Shown here: one piece after another, positions 25,645-37,454 of the stretch
How the letters are laid out: each line of letters begins with the position of its first letter
Position numbering within the stretch: position 1 is the first letter of the stretch
Source: Chiloscyllium plagiosum
Lineage: Eukaryota
Assembly (NCBI RefSeq): GCF_004010195.1
Contig: NC_057750.1
Location: forward strand, 8,160,084 to 8,224,083
Direction of reading: 5' to 3'
DNA length: 64,000 bases
Notes under the pieces: generated by a model
What the model saw: the letters and a program-made list of their open reading frames with translations, nothing else
The model's database searches: none
Told to the model about the DNA's origin: nothing
Position numbers and translations under genes: made by a program

Positions 25645-26306
25645 AATAATAAATCATTCAATAGTGTTAAGGAGTGGTTTCCATTTTTGGTACATATATA
25701 TATATATATATACATGTCACCCTGGCAAAGTTCACCTCAGTGGTGTAGGATGAAATAGGCTATTTGACCCATCCAGTCTATTCTGCCATTCAATGAAATT
25801 GTGGCTGATCTGATAATCTTTAACTCCCTTTCTCTACCTATGCACCGTAAATGTCATCAGCAAGACTTGAAGTAACAATGTGGTGGAGCAGACTCAGAGG
25901 CAAAGGTCCGACTCTGGATTTTATTGTGTTCTTGTGTTAAAAGTAGTCATAAGTGGGCAATAGGTTGCTAAAAGTTTGGGAATTACAAGGCAAACGTACT
26001 TGGGGAAAGCATTCCGGATAGGTAAGGATAGAAAAAGAAAAACCTGCCAGAAAGTGAGAAACACTGAAAGAGGATACTCTACAGCAGTGCAATCGTGAGA
26101 CTAACACGTGGTTTTGGGGTGTCTGATTGAAGTACTCCTTCAAATTGCAATTGGACAAAGGACTGAATTTCATGAACTTGTAACCTTGTAATTTGAAGAT
26201 GGTGAGAGCACCACAAAATATTGAAATAATAAATCATTCAATAGTGTTAAGGAGTGGTTTCCATTTTTGGTACATATATATATACATGTCACCCTGGCAA
26301 AGTTCA
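25645..26306 (+). repeat. Local direct duplication (25645-25734 / 26225-26306)
   Basis: Identical except for (TA)n length. The upstream copy is flanked by the direct repeat AGTGGTGTAGGA. Confidence 0.9.
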
Positions 26307-28539
26307 GCATATATTGGGTATGAGGTACAAAGGCATGTCTGCTTATCCTTTGACACCACTTACAAAAGAGAGCCCCCTGTTGGTAGGTTTCCTTCCTACC
26401 TGTCCTTGAGCTTATGGATTGAGCATGCCAGAGTAAGAGGAAGCTGCATTTGGAGTCTACTTTATCAGGAAGTGGCTTTGAAAAGTCCACTTAGGATTTT
26501 TACAGCATGCAAGCCCTGAGTGAAAGGTAGGCCTTAGCGAGTTTTGAGAAGATTTGTAGCTCAGTTTGAGGTTCTGGATGTAGGTTTGCCTGCTGAGCTG
26601 GAAGGGAGGCTATCTAACCATTCAATCTGTGATCCCATAATTTTTTAAATTCAACACACAATTAAGCATCTGTGCTGTATCTCAATTTTTTTGCTGTTTT
26701 GCACACCCCTCTAAACTTCATCATTACATCAATAGTTATTCATAGATCTTCACGGGACCCCACATGCTTCCACTGCGAGCACTTTTCTGTTGGAAAGGTA
26801 TCGCCATATATACATAATGTTAGATAAATGGCCCTTTCAGTTGAAAGGGGCATATTAAGAGTGCATTTGCCAAGAGGAATGGTGAAAGACTGCATAAAGC
26901 TTGCTCAATGTTCAGCCGACTTTGCTGAGTAATGTCTTCTGAAATCGCATTTCTGCATCTCTGCACAGTAACCCAGTCCAAGCTTTTTGCTTTCCAATAT
27001 TTGATATAAAGGGATGGTTAAAAATAATTGAGAATTGCACAATGGATCTGCAGAAGGTTTCTGTACAAATTTGTATGTGCATATTGAACAAAATGCAAAT
27101 ACGACAAACAACCTTTGATCCATCCCTGATTCTCTGTTCGATTTGAGTCTTTGTATTCTGTAAAGACAGCAGGTTTTAATTCTGCTTTTCATTCTTCTGA
27201 ATAACCCAGTGAGCTTGTTTCAAGAAGAACCATAAAAATATTTCCAGTTTAGCTTCCTTTTTAGAAGTGAATTTTGGTGCAAAAAATCTGATTGATGAAG
27301 ATACTTTTTTAAAAATAAAATCCCAGCTTTGATTTTCTTTCTCTTGTGATTCTTTGGAACTTGTAAACTGTTCATCCCAGCAGCTTTATTTTAGAGACAA
27401 TCATACAGGAAACCCAGGCTTTTGGCAGAGTGTAATCATTTGCCCTGTCTATAAATGTTGCTGTTTGCACAGCTCTTAGCTTCAGAGATGGACTGCAGTA
27501 TGTAAATAAATATGCAGTCAGACCATGAGAAAAGACTTTTTGGAGAGTGCTTGTGCAGAAATGATTAGGTCGGCAGATATAGTTTATTTTAATTTCCCGC
27601 ATGCTCCGTCGAAACCACAGTACATATGTCAGGGCTCCAATAGCTTTTCCAGGTTCGGCAATTGCTATTGTGAAATAAGCATCTTGTCGTGTTTTGTCTG
27701 AACGATTTGTTCTTGTTGTGAAGGAGAAGGTTTAAGGGATGATTGCAACTCCTGTAAGGCAGCCAATTAGCTGCAGTGGTTGAGGGGTGAACTCTCAGCT
27801 GCAGTTTAAGTTCAAATTCTGACCTTGAATAGGATTCCAACTTTTTAGGCTGATTGGATTCTGTCTTGCCATTTCTCAAGGAAATGTTTTGACCTTTGAA
27901 TTTGTGGATGAAGAATCTCGAGTTGGTGCGGCTTGAGTGGCCCACTTTCCTCCCAGTGCAAGTGTTTTACATGAGAGTGACAATCACATTGACTGTCCAA
28001 TTATACTTAAGACTAGCTGCATTCTTTTTGTTTCTTGGTCCATTTGTTTGAATCGTATGGGAAGAAAGAACTGGTCAGAAAAGTAATTAATCTTGACAAT
28101 GCAAATGAAATCACTTGCACTGCAGAACCAAAAGTAATCAAAATACTGCTGATTGTTAATCCAGGCCCGTGACACTGTCAAACTCTAACTCTTCCCAGCC
28201 CATACTCTTGTTGTTCTCTATCTTTCTACTGATGTCAGTCCAGCTCTGTCACATGATTAGGCTAAGTTATTACTTCAAAACAATCCCCTCCTGATCCATT
28301 TAGGATTCTTTCCTTAGAGAAGTCTTGTAGCACAAAGAAACGCTTTGTTCTTCAGGTATTATTAGCAGGATATGGAAACTTTGTGCAATTTGAAAGTGGC
28401 GAGGTGGATGAAGAGGAATGGAGATGGTTTTTTTTTTAATCACACTAATCCTCTGGTTCCATAATTAACTTAGTAACAGCAATATATGGTATTTATTTGT
28501 GCCTACTACAATATTCCAGGTTCAGTACTTTTCAGTACT

Positions 28540-29620
28540 TCAAGGGGGTTGAATGACTGCCTCCTGCTCCCGTTGATGTTACTGATTTAGCTAATATCTG
28601 TTGGGGCAATAGTAGTGATGGGATTTGGTCTGTCCTTCCACTCTGCTTGGCCCTGGTGCAAAATGCATGTCTACTAATTAATTAGGATTACCCTTCAGCA
28701 AAACCCTATGGTTGAGGTTGCAGAGTTCTATTGGTGCTTTTGCTGCAACATCCCAGCATGATTCAGCAGCCTCAGGCAAGAAAATAAGTTGTTTGATGTT
28801 TAAACACTTTGACTGTGACACATTATATGTTGCAGTCAATCTGCTTAAGGGGTTAATTTTATTTGCTCACTGATTTATTTAGTGCAAGACTTTTTTTAAT
28901 GTTCTTAATAGCACTTTTAATTAAGAACGTTGCACCGGTGAATGTTTTCAAGGTTGTGGTTTCTACCGCAGTATGTAAGCAATTAAGGTTTGGTGAATAT
29001 TGCTTTTCCCTGTAGTATCCCTTGCTGCCTTTTGTAAGTAACTTGTGCTTAAACAATTAAGTATTTTCAGATAAATTGAAACTGGCATTGAGTTTGCTGT
29101 TCAAATTCCACCAATAAAAGAACAGACAATTCAAATGTTAATGTGCTGGACGTTACTTCATAATTTGCTTTTTCAAGAATACTGAAGCTGGAAATTGCAG
29201 GTTTCATAGATTGTGTTTTCCTTCAACCCTGTTGTACTTGGAGTCCGAATGCTGCCAGTTCCTGAGTTGGTCCCTCAGGTGACGCTGAACACAAGTGAAC
29301 TTGCTGGATTTGCCAGCCACAGAAAAGGTCCCTTTCTTTTTAAAAAAAAATCTGAATTGGTTTTTGGTGAATCTGGAGTGTTTACTTTAGTTCTGGTGAG
29401 TTATTACAGATCCAAAGCTAAGAACTGGTACCTCTGGAACACTTATTTTCAAAATAAAAGCAGCTTTATTCAACTGTCCAGGTAACAAAAATAAAAACCA
29501 TCAAAGATATGGAGTTAATACAGGGCAATGTTCTTGAGGTGGAAAATCAGACATGATCTCTCTTAATTAAAGAGCAGCCTCAAGGGGGCTGAATGACTGC
29601 CTCCTGCTCCCGTTGATGTT
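28540..29620 (+). repeat. 41-bp local direct duplication (28540-28580 / 29580-29620)
   Basis: TCAAGGGGG(T/C)TGAATGACTGCCTCCTGCTCCCGTTGATGTT, one mismatch. Confidence 0.85.
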
Positions 29621-30487
29621 CCTGTTTAACGATGTAGGCAACACCTCCTAGAGTTGTTGCTTGCACTGATATACTTCTTGCCCTGCTCCAGCTAATGCTT
29701 TCAGATTCAATTACTTGCTCATCTACAATCCCTTCTTTTTCCCTATTTGTTCGCAAGATCCTGTAAAAGGCTTAGGAAGCAACTTTAATTCTTCCTGCTA
29801 CCCCATTGATTAAAAAAAGAGCTGGTGTAGTAGAACTTGAATTGGATATGTAATGGCACTGGTTTATCCAACTTTTTTTTTTACCTTTTTTGTCAGCCCC
29901 TTAAATACAGTCAGTGGACTGTCAGTTTAAAGACCTATTCATATGCATTCCCCTATGTCTAATGATTTTGATGCTCTCTGATTTTGTGCTCCTGTTGAGG
30001 AATTATCAACCAGAAGCAGCAGTACAAAGAGCTATACTTTTCAAATACTGGGTCTCTGACATTCAAAATGAGTAAATGAAGAATTATCATAATAAATAGG
30101 ACTGAGTTAACTTAGCCTTTAAGACTAGATTGCTGGAGATTGGGTACATTTGGCCCACTGATTTTATTTGAATACCCTTGTTTTGGAACAGCCTAAATAA
30201 TTTTTTCAAGCCTAACTTTTGAACACATTGCAAAATGTATCCTTACCTTTTAAATAACAAATGAATTTATCAGAATTCTTTGTAGTTCAGTCAGTAACAA
30301 AGGAAATCTTTACTGTTGCAACATTTCATTTGGAGTATCTAAACATTTCAGCAATTAGCTTTCAACATTGTGGCTGATGATTTTATTTATTATTTCTTAA
30401 ACTTTGAAGTGAGAAACCTCAGTGCTGGATGGTTCACATATAAGTAAGAGATATAATAAGACGCAACTATATCAGCTCCCAGCAATG

Positions 30488-32130
30488 TGTTATGAAGAAG
30501 TGGGTGACTGTACCTTTGAGAGTAAAAGCTAGCAGTGACAGCACCAAGTGTTCTCAAGAAGACACAATGTAACATGCTCCAGCTGCTGGAATAGCTAGTT
30601 GTCTGGGAATGACAAAACCGATTTGAATTAGGTCAATCAGTTTAGATTATACCCCGAAAAATACTAAATTCGATTAGAGTTTGAATTGAGTATATTGATA
30701 ATCTTAAGCTAATGACACAATCTGATGCTTTAGGGTATAAGACACAGGGAAAATTGAACAGATGGGAGGAGAACTGCCACCAGACCAACATTTCTAAACT
30801 ACTAGTCAGAACTCTGAGAGATACCTGCCTAGAGAAGGAGTTTGCACAGAGAAAAACTTCATCACTGACCTGGGGAGCAAATCTACCAACTAAGATAAAG
30901 AGAATGGATGTGAGCAGAAAAGGTATGGTTAGTAAGTTTGCTGATGACACAAAATTGGAGATGTAGTGGACAGCCAAGAAGGTTACCTCAGATTACAATG
31001 GGATTTTGATCATATGGGCCAGTGGGCTGAGAAGTGGCAAATGGAGTTTAATTTCGATAAATGCGAGGTGCTGCATTTTGGGAAAGCAAATCTTAGCAGG
31101 ACTGATACACTTAATGGTAAGTTCCTAGGGAGTGTTGCTGAACAAAGAGACCTTGGAATGCAGGTTCATAGCTCCTTGAAAGTGGAGTTGCAGGTAGATA
31201 GGATAGTGAAGAAGACGTTTGGTATGCTTTCCTTTATTGGTCAGGGTATTGAGTACAGGAGTTGGGAGGTCATGTTGCGGCTATCCAACATTGGTTAGGC
31301 CACATTTGGAATATTGCATTCAATTCTGGTGGTCTTCCTATTTGGAAGGATGTTGTGAAACTTGGAAGGGTTCAAAAAAAAACTTTCAAGGATGTTGCCA
31401 GGGTTGGAGGATTTGAGCTATAGGGAGAGGTTGAATAGGCTAGGGCTGTTCTCCCTGGCGCGTCAGAGGCTGAGGGGTGACGTTAAAGGTTTATAAAATC
31501 ATAAGGGGCATGGATAGGGTAAATGGAAAAAGTATTTTCCTTGGGGTGGGGGAGTCCAAAGCTAGAGGGCATAGGTTTAGGGTGAGAGGGGCAAGATATA
31601 AAAGAGACCAATGGGGCAACTCTTTCAGCAGAGGGTGGTAGGTGTACGGAATGAGCTGCCAGAGGAAGTGGTGGAGGCTGGTACAATTACAACATTTAAA
31701 AGGCAACTGGATGGTTATATGAATAGGAAGAGTTTGGGCAGTTATGGTGCTGGCAGGTGGGACGAGATTAGGTTGGAATATCTGGTCGGCATGGATGAGT
31801 TGAACTGAAGGGTCTGTTTCCGTGCTGTACATCTCTATGACTCTCTATTTGACTGCTGGCTGGTTTTAAAATTTGAATTTTTCTGTAAATCCTATTTGGG
31901 AGTTTTATTGGACTTGGACTTGTATTATAGAAGGGAAGGTAAAAGTTAGGTTAGAGCAAGGACTTGTAAATAGTTGTTAATTATTGCCTGTTATACTTTA
32001 AGAAATAAAGTTATTAATTTTTACTTTAAATAGTTCTTGGCAACTCAAATTTTTACAGATTACTGCACAGGATAAATCTTATCTGTGTTGCTTGTTTTAA
32101 ATTAAGCAGGAGAGTTTACCCCTTGTAACA
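30488..32130 (+). mobile_element. Solo LTR (Gypsy-like) split by a CR1 insertion
   Basis: Termini TGTTA...TAACA; 4-bp TSD AATG (30484-30487, 32131-32134); AATAAA near 32004; TATA-like TATAAG near 30736. Confidence 0.75.
30903..31846 (+). mobile_element. 5'-truncated CR1 LINE (RT C-terminal part plus 3'UTR), same family as 3610-6686
   Basis: KFADDTK and WAEKWQMEFNFDKCEVLHFG peptides; high similarity to 5750-6680; tail CTCTATGACTCTC. Confidence 0.92.
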
Positions 32131-32414
32131 AATGCCATGAACAGTGGAATCAGATCCAAAATCGAGTGTCATTTTCTTTGCCCAAACAGCCTCTTGCATC
32201 CATATCCACTTTATGAACTTTTAAGTAGCATTGATAGTTTGTGTTGCTATTGTCAATTTTGTATTATATCCAACCAGGCAGGAATTGCACTGAAACCAAC
32301 CCCTTATATCCAGGACACTTCTGTCCAGGTTTGTTTAAAATTTGTTTAAAACCTATCCTCTCCATGTGATTTTGTCTGAAGTTCCCCAACATCCATCTTT
32401 ACCACCTGTTTTTA

Positions 32415-32640
32415 TTGGGTATCAGTTAGCTTAGTTGACTGGATGGTTGGTTTGTGATGTTTTGGAATGATGCCAGTAGTGAGTTCAGTTCCTACACCAG
32501 CTGAGGTTACCATTGAACATTCTCAACCTTGCCTGAGCTGTGGTGACCCATTGTTTAAATTCATGACCAGTCTTCTTGCTCTCGTGCCCTCCTGAGAGCA
32601 GCCCTATGGTCCTGTGGGATTGGGATGACTTTACCTCTTC
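32415..32640 (+). mobile_element. Old tRNA-like SINE family (other copies at ~40826-40992 minus and ~57905-58086 plus)
   Basis: Shared head GTTAGCT(C/T)AGTT..CTGGATGG.TGGTTTGTGATG and tail GAGAGCAGC.CTATGGTC in three copies. Confidence 0.6.
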
Positions 32641-35559
32641 ATTATCTATACATTGTCCCTCGTGATAAAATATGCAGGCATGGGGTTAGTTTTCATTTGT
32701 AAGCCTGAGCGAACTGGATCTGCCTTTTGACTTCCCTTGATACTACCAGTATTTCTCCTCTTACAGACTGCCATATTATGGATGAGTCAGAATTTCCTTT
32801 GAAAAGACCAAGGCCATTTTCTTTCATTCCTGCCAGAAATTTTCTTTCACTCCTTCCAGTCCTGCCACTGACTCCATCATTAGTTGTTTGTGTGACAGCA
32901 CTAAGCTCAATCTTTTGCTTGTTCTAGAGTAGAGCTACATATTCCATATTTTCTCTACGGGAACATTACCAGCTCTTTCTGTGACTGGACTGATTATTGA
33001 TGTCACCTCAGATTAGACTTTTCAAGCATCCTCTTTGTGAAACTTATGAACAGCACCCTGTTTGTGCATCAAGTCATCTGTTTCTGCCACCTCCATGCAG
33101 AAATATACACAGCCCCATTGAGCTGTACAGACTTTGTTTTCCAGCAAATGAATTTACAATACTTGTCCCTGCAAATAAATTCCTCAACTGTTGAAATTCA
33201 CTTTACATCTGCAACCATTTCTAACTTTGGTTCTCATTTGCTATCTCTTGCATTTGCTCTCATCCTTTCTTGCACCTTCCCTCCACTGTCTACAGCTCCA
33301 GTATTAGTAGCAATATGTGCAGAGGCTCTCTGTTTGGGGTGTAGTGTCAAAGCTGACTCTTCTCTTCAAATTTTGTCAGCAATCTATATAAGGAAGATGA
33401 GGAATCTTAGCAGATCCTTCATTCCTGAAAGTAACATTGCGAGGGTGGGGGCATAAATATTGTTGAGGATACTCTCTAGATACAATTGCATAGTTAATAA
33501 CAGAAGTAAGTGAAGACTATTCCTTTGAGCTGGACAAAAGAAAAGGGACCCTTGAGGATAGTGTTGTGTTCCATCTAAAAGCCTTCAGAAGGAAAGATGT
33601 TGTGGTACTGTAACAGTAATCCATTTGTGGCTTTGATTGGGACGGTTTTAGGGTGGAGATGGAAACCTAAATGCTAAAATCAAGCACAGAAATCAAAGAA
33701 AGGTGCATTGGTTTCTTGGAATGTGATGATAAAAGCAAAGAATTTTTCAGTAGGCCTGAAAGCTAATGAGAAGTGTTCAAGAATTCACAGAATATCTTGG
33801 GAAAATGAATTTCTGCTTCAGTTATTTTTGTTTCTGAATCACCAACCTATTAGTTACATGGTGGTTTTAGTAAACTGTATATGCAACACAGACATTCTTA
33901 TTAAAATTTGAAGTGTCCTGAGGTTTGTATTCTACTGGCTTCTACTTTATGTAAAATCCAACCAGCCAACTTGTGGTTGAGTCTTTTTTCCCATCTCTTC
34001 CTGTTGTGGCCTGAAGCCAAGTAAAAAGTATGTTTTCATTTATGCAAAGTGGAAGATATGGGTCACAGAAACATTTCTGGTTCTTTTGCAATCTAAACAG
34101 AAAAGCAAATCTGTCATACAGTTGGATTTCTGTTTTTAATCCTGCTGCAAGCTGATTTTGATGAAGTAAAGTATTCTGGGAACATAATTTGGAGATAATT
34201 AGAGGTGGAAGGGGGTAAGGGGTAGAGTCTGGAAGGGACAAAGTCCGGTTTCCTCATGTCATGTGATGCTGCCCCACTGAGTGTTTATGTGACAGCCCCT
34301 GCATAACTTGGCAACTGCATTGAAAGAAACTAACGCAAGAAGTTTGTTCATTTGCATCATTAGGAAAAATGTACTAGCTGGTTTGGACAGTATTTGGAGG
34401 TTGTAACAGAATCTTCAGGGCTCAAATATTTTTCTACTTAGACTTACTTGATGTAAAGTTTTCTATTGTGTCACAGCATTGTTTATGTTGAATTCTTCTC
34501 TTGTCTTTGTAATTCAGGTAACCTGAATGCAAGGCTTTAAATTTTGTTTTGGTGTAATCTTATTGGACGAAATTGCTTCTCCAGTTGTATGCACTCCTCT
34601 CCTAAATATAATGATTTATGAGGTTAAATGTTGTCAGTAGCCTATTGATATCAAAGTTTGGTGGTCACTTATGCAGAGAGCCCTGCAGGTTTCTTGAACA
34701 TGGAAAAAATTAACCCATTTTTACCAAATGCAAGTTCCAGAAGCACTCTGAAGAGCAATTAGGAACAGGAGTTAGAACTGACTTTCCCATTTCTTTAATG
34801 GGTCAGTTAGGTGAATTATTGAGCCTCATCTATTTTCCACCTTAAATTCAGACCAAAATCGAGAAAAGTTACCAGAGAAGGCCTTTGCTTTTCAACAAAG
34901 TCTTTTTTTGTGCAAAGTCAAGGTGTCACCGGTAGTGCACAAATCTCTGATCAACCAGTCACCTTGCGGCACTACCTGTTCTGTATATGAGTCCCAAGTT
35001 AGCATCCTGGATTTTTTTTTTGTACTTTTTCATTACTTGTAAGTTGCCAGTGCTGTTCTTTATTGCTCAGTATTCAGTTTCAAGAGCAGGATTTAAAACA
35101 CAAAAAATGAAAAGATGCCTTTAATTTTAAATTTACTGCAAGTTTGTGCTTTGGATGACAGTACAACAATCTTAAGATACCGTATTTCAATTTAATAATC
35201 AAAAAGCCACTAACTGAAATTTTGTTTTGAAGTACAAATTGTTTTTGTTTTATGAAGTACACTCTTGGTGCTATTTAGTGCAGTTCTTATGAAAAGAACA
35301 CTTTTTATTCTTGGCCTTTGTGTGACTCCACCTCCGGTGCCTGAACCTTCAGAAATGACAGATCAGGATTTCACAAGGTTGCAAGATTATTGGGGCCAGG
35401 AATTGCACTTGGCCAGCGGACTCAGATAAACTAAATCAGACCTGATTTCCAAAATAATGAAGCCTCGCCTAACTGCATTCTTTGTCACAGTAGTAATTGT
35501 AGGAGCATTTAGTAAAACCCAGTACCATGTGTCACATGCACACTCTTGACCTGTATCTC

Positions 35560-36670
35560 CAACGGCATTGCATCATGCTGGCTCAGGGCTGTACCAGCCC
35601 CCCCTTTTCCACTTCATCCTGCAGCTCACTTGACGTGCTAACAAGAAACATCTTTTTTCTTTTCAGGCATCAAGGCAAGCAAGATGCAACAACTTAGAGA
35701 TACTCATGGCACTCTGGGAGCTTCCTCCCAGCTCCTTCCCTCTTTCTGCATGCCCTCTTTCTCCTGCCACTCCCCCCCCACCTCTTGTCGTGTATTCACC
35801 ATCCTTCCTGACCTTCCGCTCTTTGCTGAGTACAGAATGTTCAGGAAGGGTCTCCATTTTATCCCTCTGCATTCCCACCCTAGTGAATTTCCTGCACAAT
35901 GTGACATTGTCCTCTTCTCCTTTTGCCTCCGTGCTCATTTCTTTGGACAAGAGTCCTCTCCCTATCCCACAGACCCCATGGCCCACCTCCAACATTTTTC
36001 TTCTTCCCCACACACACACACCCCCTTTTACCTGCACTCGACCTGTTCATTGGCCTGTTGAAGTGACATTGGTCACTCAATTTCTCTGCGCCCCCCCTTC
36101 CCCCCCCCCCTTTACCCATTCCAGCCTATCTTCCCAGGGATTGTTGTTGTCTGGTGGCCTGACCTCTACGTTGTAGAGGCCAAGTGCCAGTTATCAGATA
36201 CCTCCCTCCTATCTCCCTGACCCATGACCCCACCATGGGACAGCAGGCCATTGTGTCAACTATAGTCATCAAACTCATCTCATCTGGTGATCTCCCTTGT
36301 CTCCAACTGCTGCCAATCTGATCAATGTCCCAACCCCGTACAGCTCACTTCTCCCTCCTTCCAAAAATTCACAAACTGGACTGTCCGGGCAGGCCCATTG
36401 TTTCTGCCTATTCCTGTCCCACAGAACTTAACTCTGTCTTTTCTCCCCTCTCCAATCCCTGCCCACTTACCTCCATGGTTCCTCTGACACTTTAGTCTGT
36501 TTCAGAATTTCCAATTTCCGGGCTCCTATAAAAATAGTTCTGAGGAAGGGTCAGTGAACCTGAACTGTTAACTCTGATTTCTCTCCACAGATGCTGCCAG
36601 ACCTGCTGAGCTTTTCCAGCAATTTCTGTTTTTGTTTCAGATTTACAGCATCCGCAGCTCTTTTGGTTTT
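35560..36670 (+). mobile_element. Degenerate Penelope-like element: ORF remnants plus terminal repeat (family A2)
   Basis: KGLHFIP...CLRAHFFGQE remnant; RT motif LLPKIHKLDCPGRPIVSA at ~36355-36408; terminus 36537-36670 with a hammerhead-like CTGAGGA core. Confidence 0.7.
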
Positions 36671-37454
36671 GATATTTTAAAAATTGCTTTGTGTTAATGA
36701 TCTGACATATAATGAGTTTGAGTCTCATTCATTTTCTGTACTGCATGGATGGGATTCCAGAGGAATGAATCCCATAGTCTCAATAGTAATTTGAATGTTA
36801 TCTGGGTGCAGGAGCATCCATCTGATAGTTACTGTGTTTTCTCCTTTGGATAGGTTAAGCAGTGTTGAGTAGTATTCTGGTACAGTCTTCGAGAATAGAA
36901 ATCTGGAGATGTGGAAGCAATAAATGGACTGGGAACTCATTGCACCTATTTCTTGTGAATTCTTAGAAGTACCATTAAGTAGAAGCAAGTGCTGTCTTGT
37001 TTGAAGCTGTCCTGAACTTTAGGAGATATGTTCATAATTTTCTGTGCATGGAGATCACTGTAAATCTAAAATTTAATTAGATTGAAATGTATTATACTTG
37101 TCCAGCACTAATCTTTGTTTCTTTTCAATGTGCACTAAATTAAGACTTCAGTAGATACCAACACTTTCAGCAGACAATATGGTTTCAGCTGTTGCAATTT
37201 CTCAAATGGCTAACATAGCTAAAAATTATTTGAAGTGTATCAATTCTTCTAAGGGTCCTTTGGCTGTTAATTTAGGCTTCAAATTAACTTTTTTTTCCCC
37301 TACTGGACATCCAACATCACAAATACTACTACCACATGCTTTGCCACTTGTGAATGTTGACAGGGAGTAATCACCAGCAAATCTAGTTCTGTCCTTGCTG
37401 TGACCAAAATACATGTGCCATTCCCAGCATATAAAAACAAAAGACACTGGCGCG

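Noticed and set aside
24667..29620. Repeats read as a CRISPR-like array
   Set aside because: No regularly spaced repeat-spacer structure; the context is a vertebrate intron.
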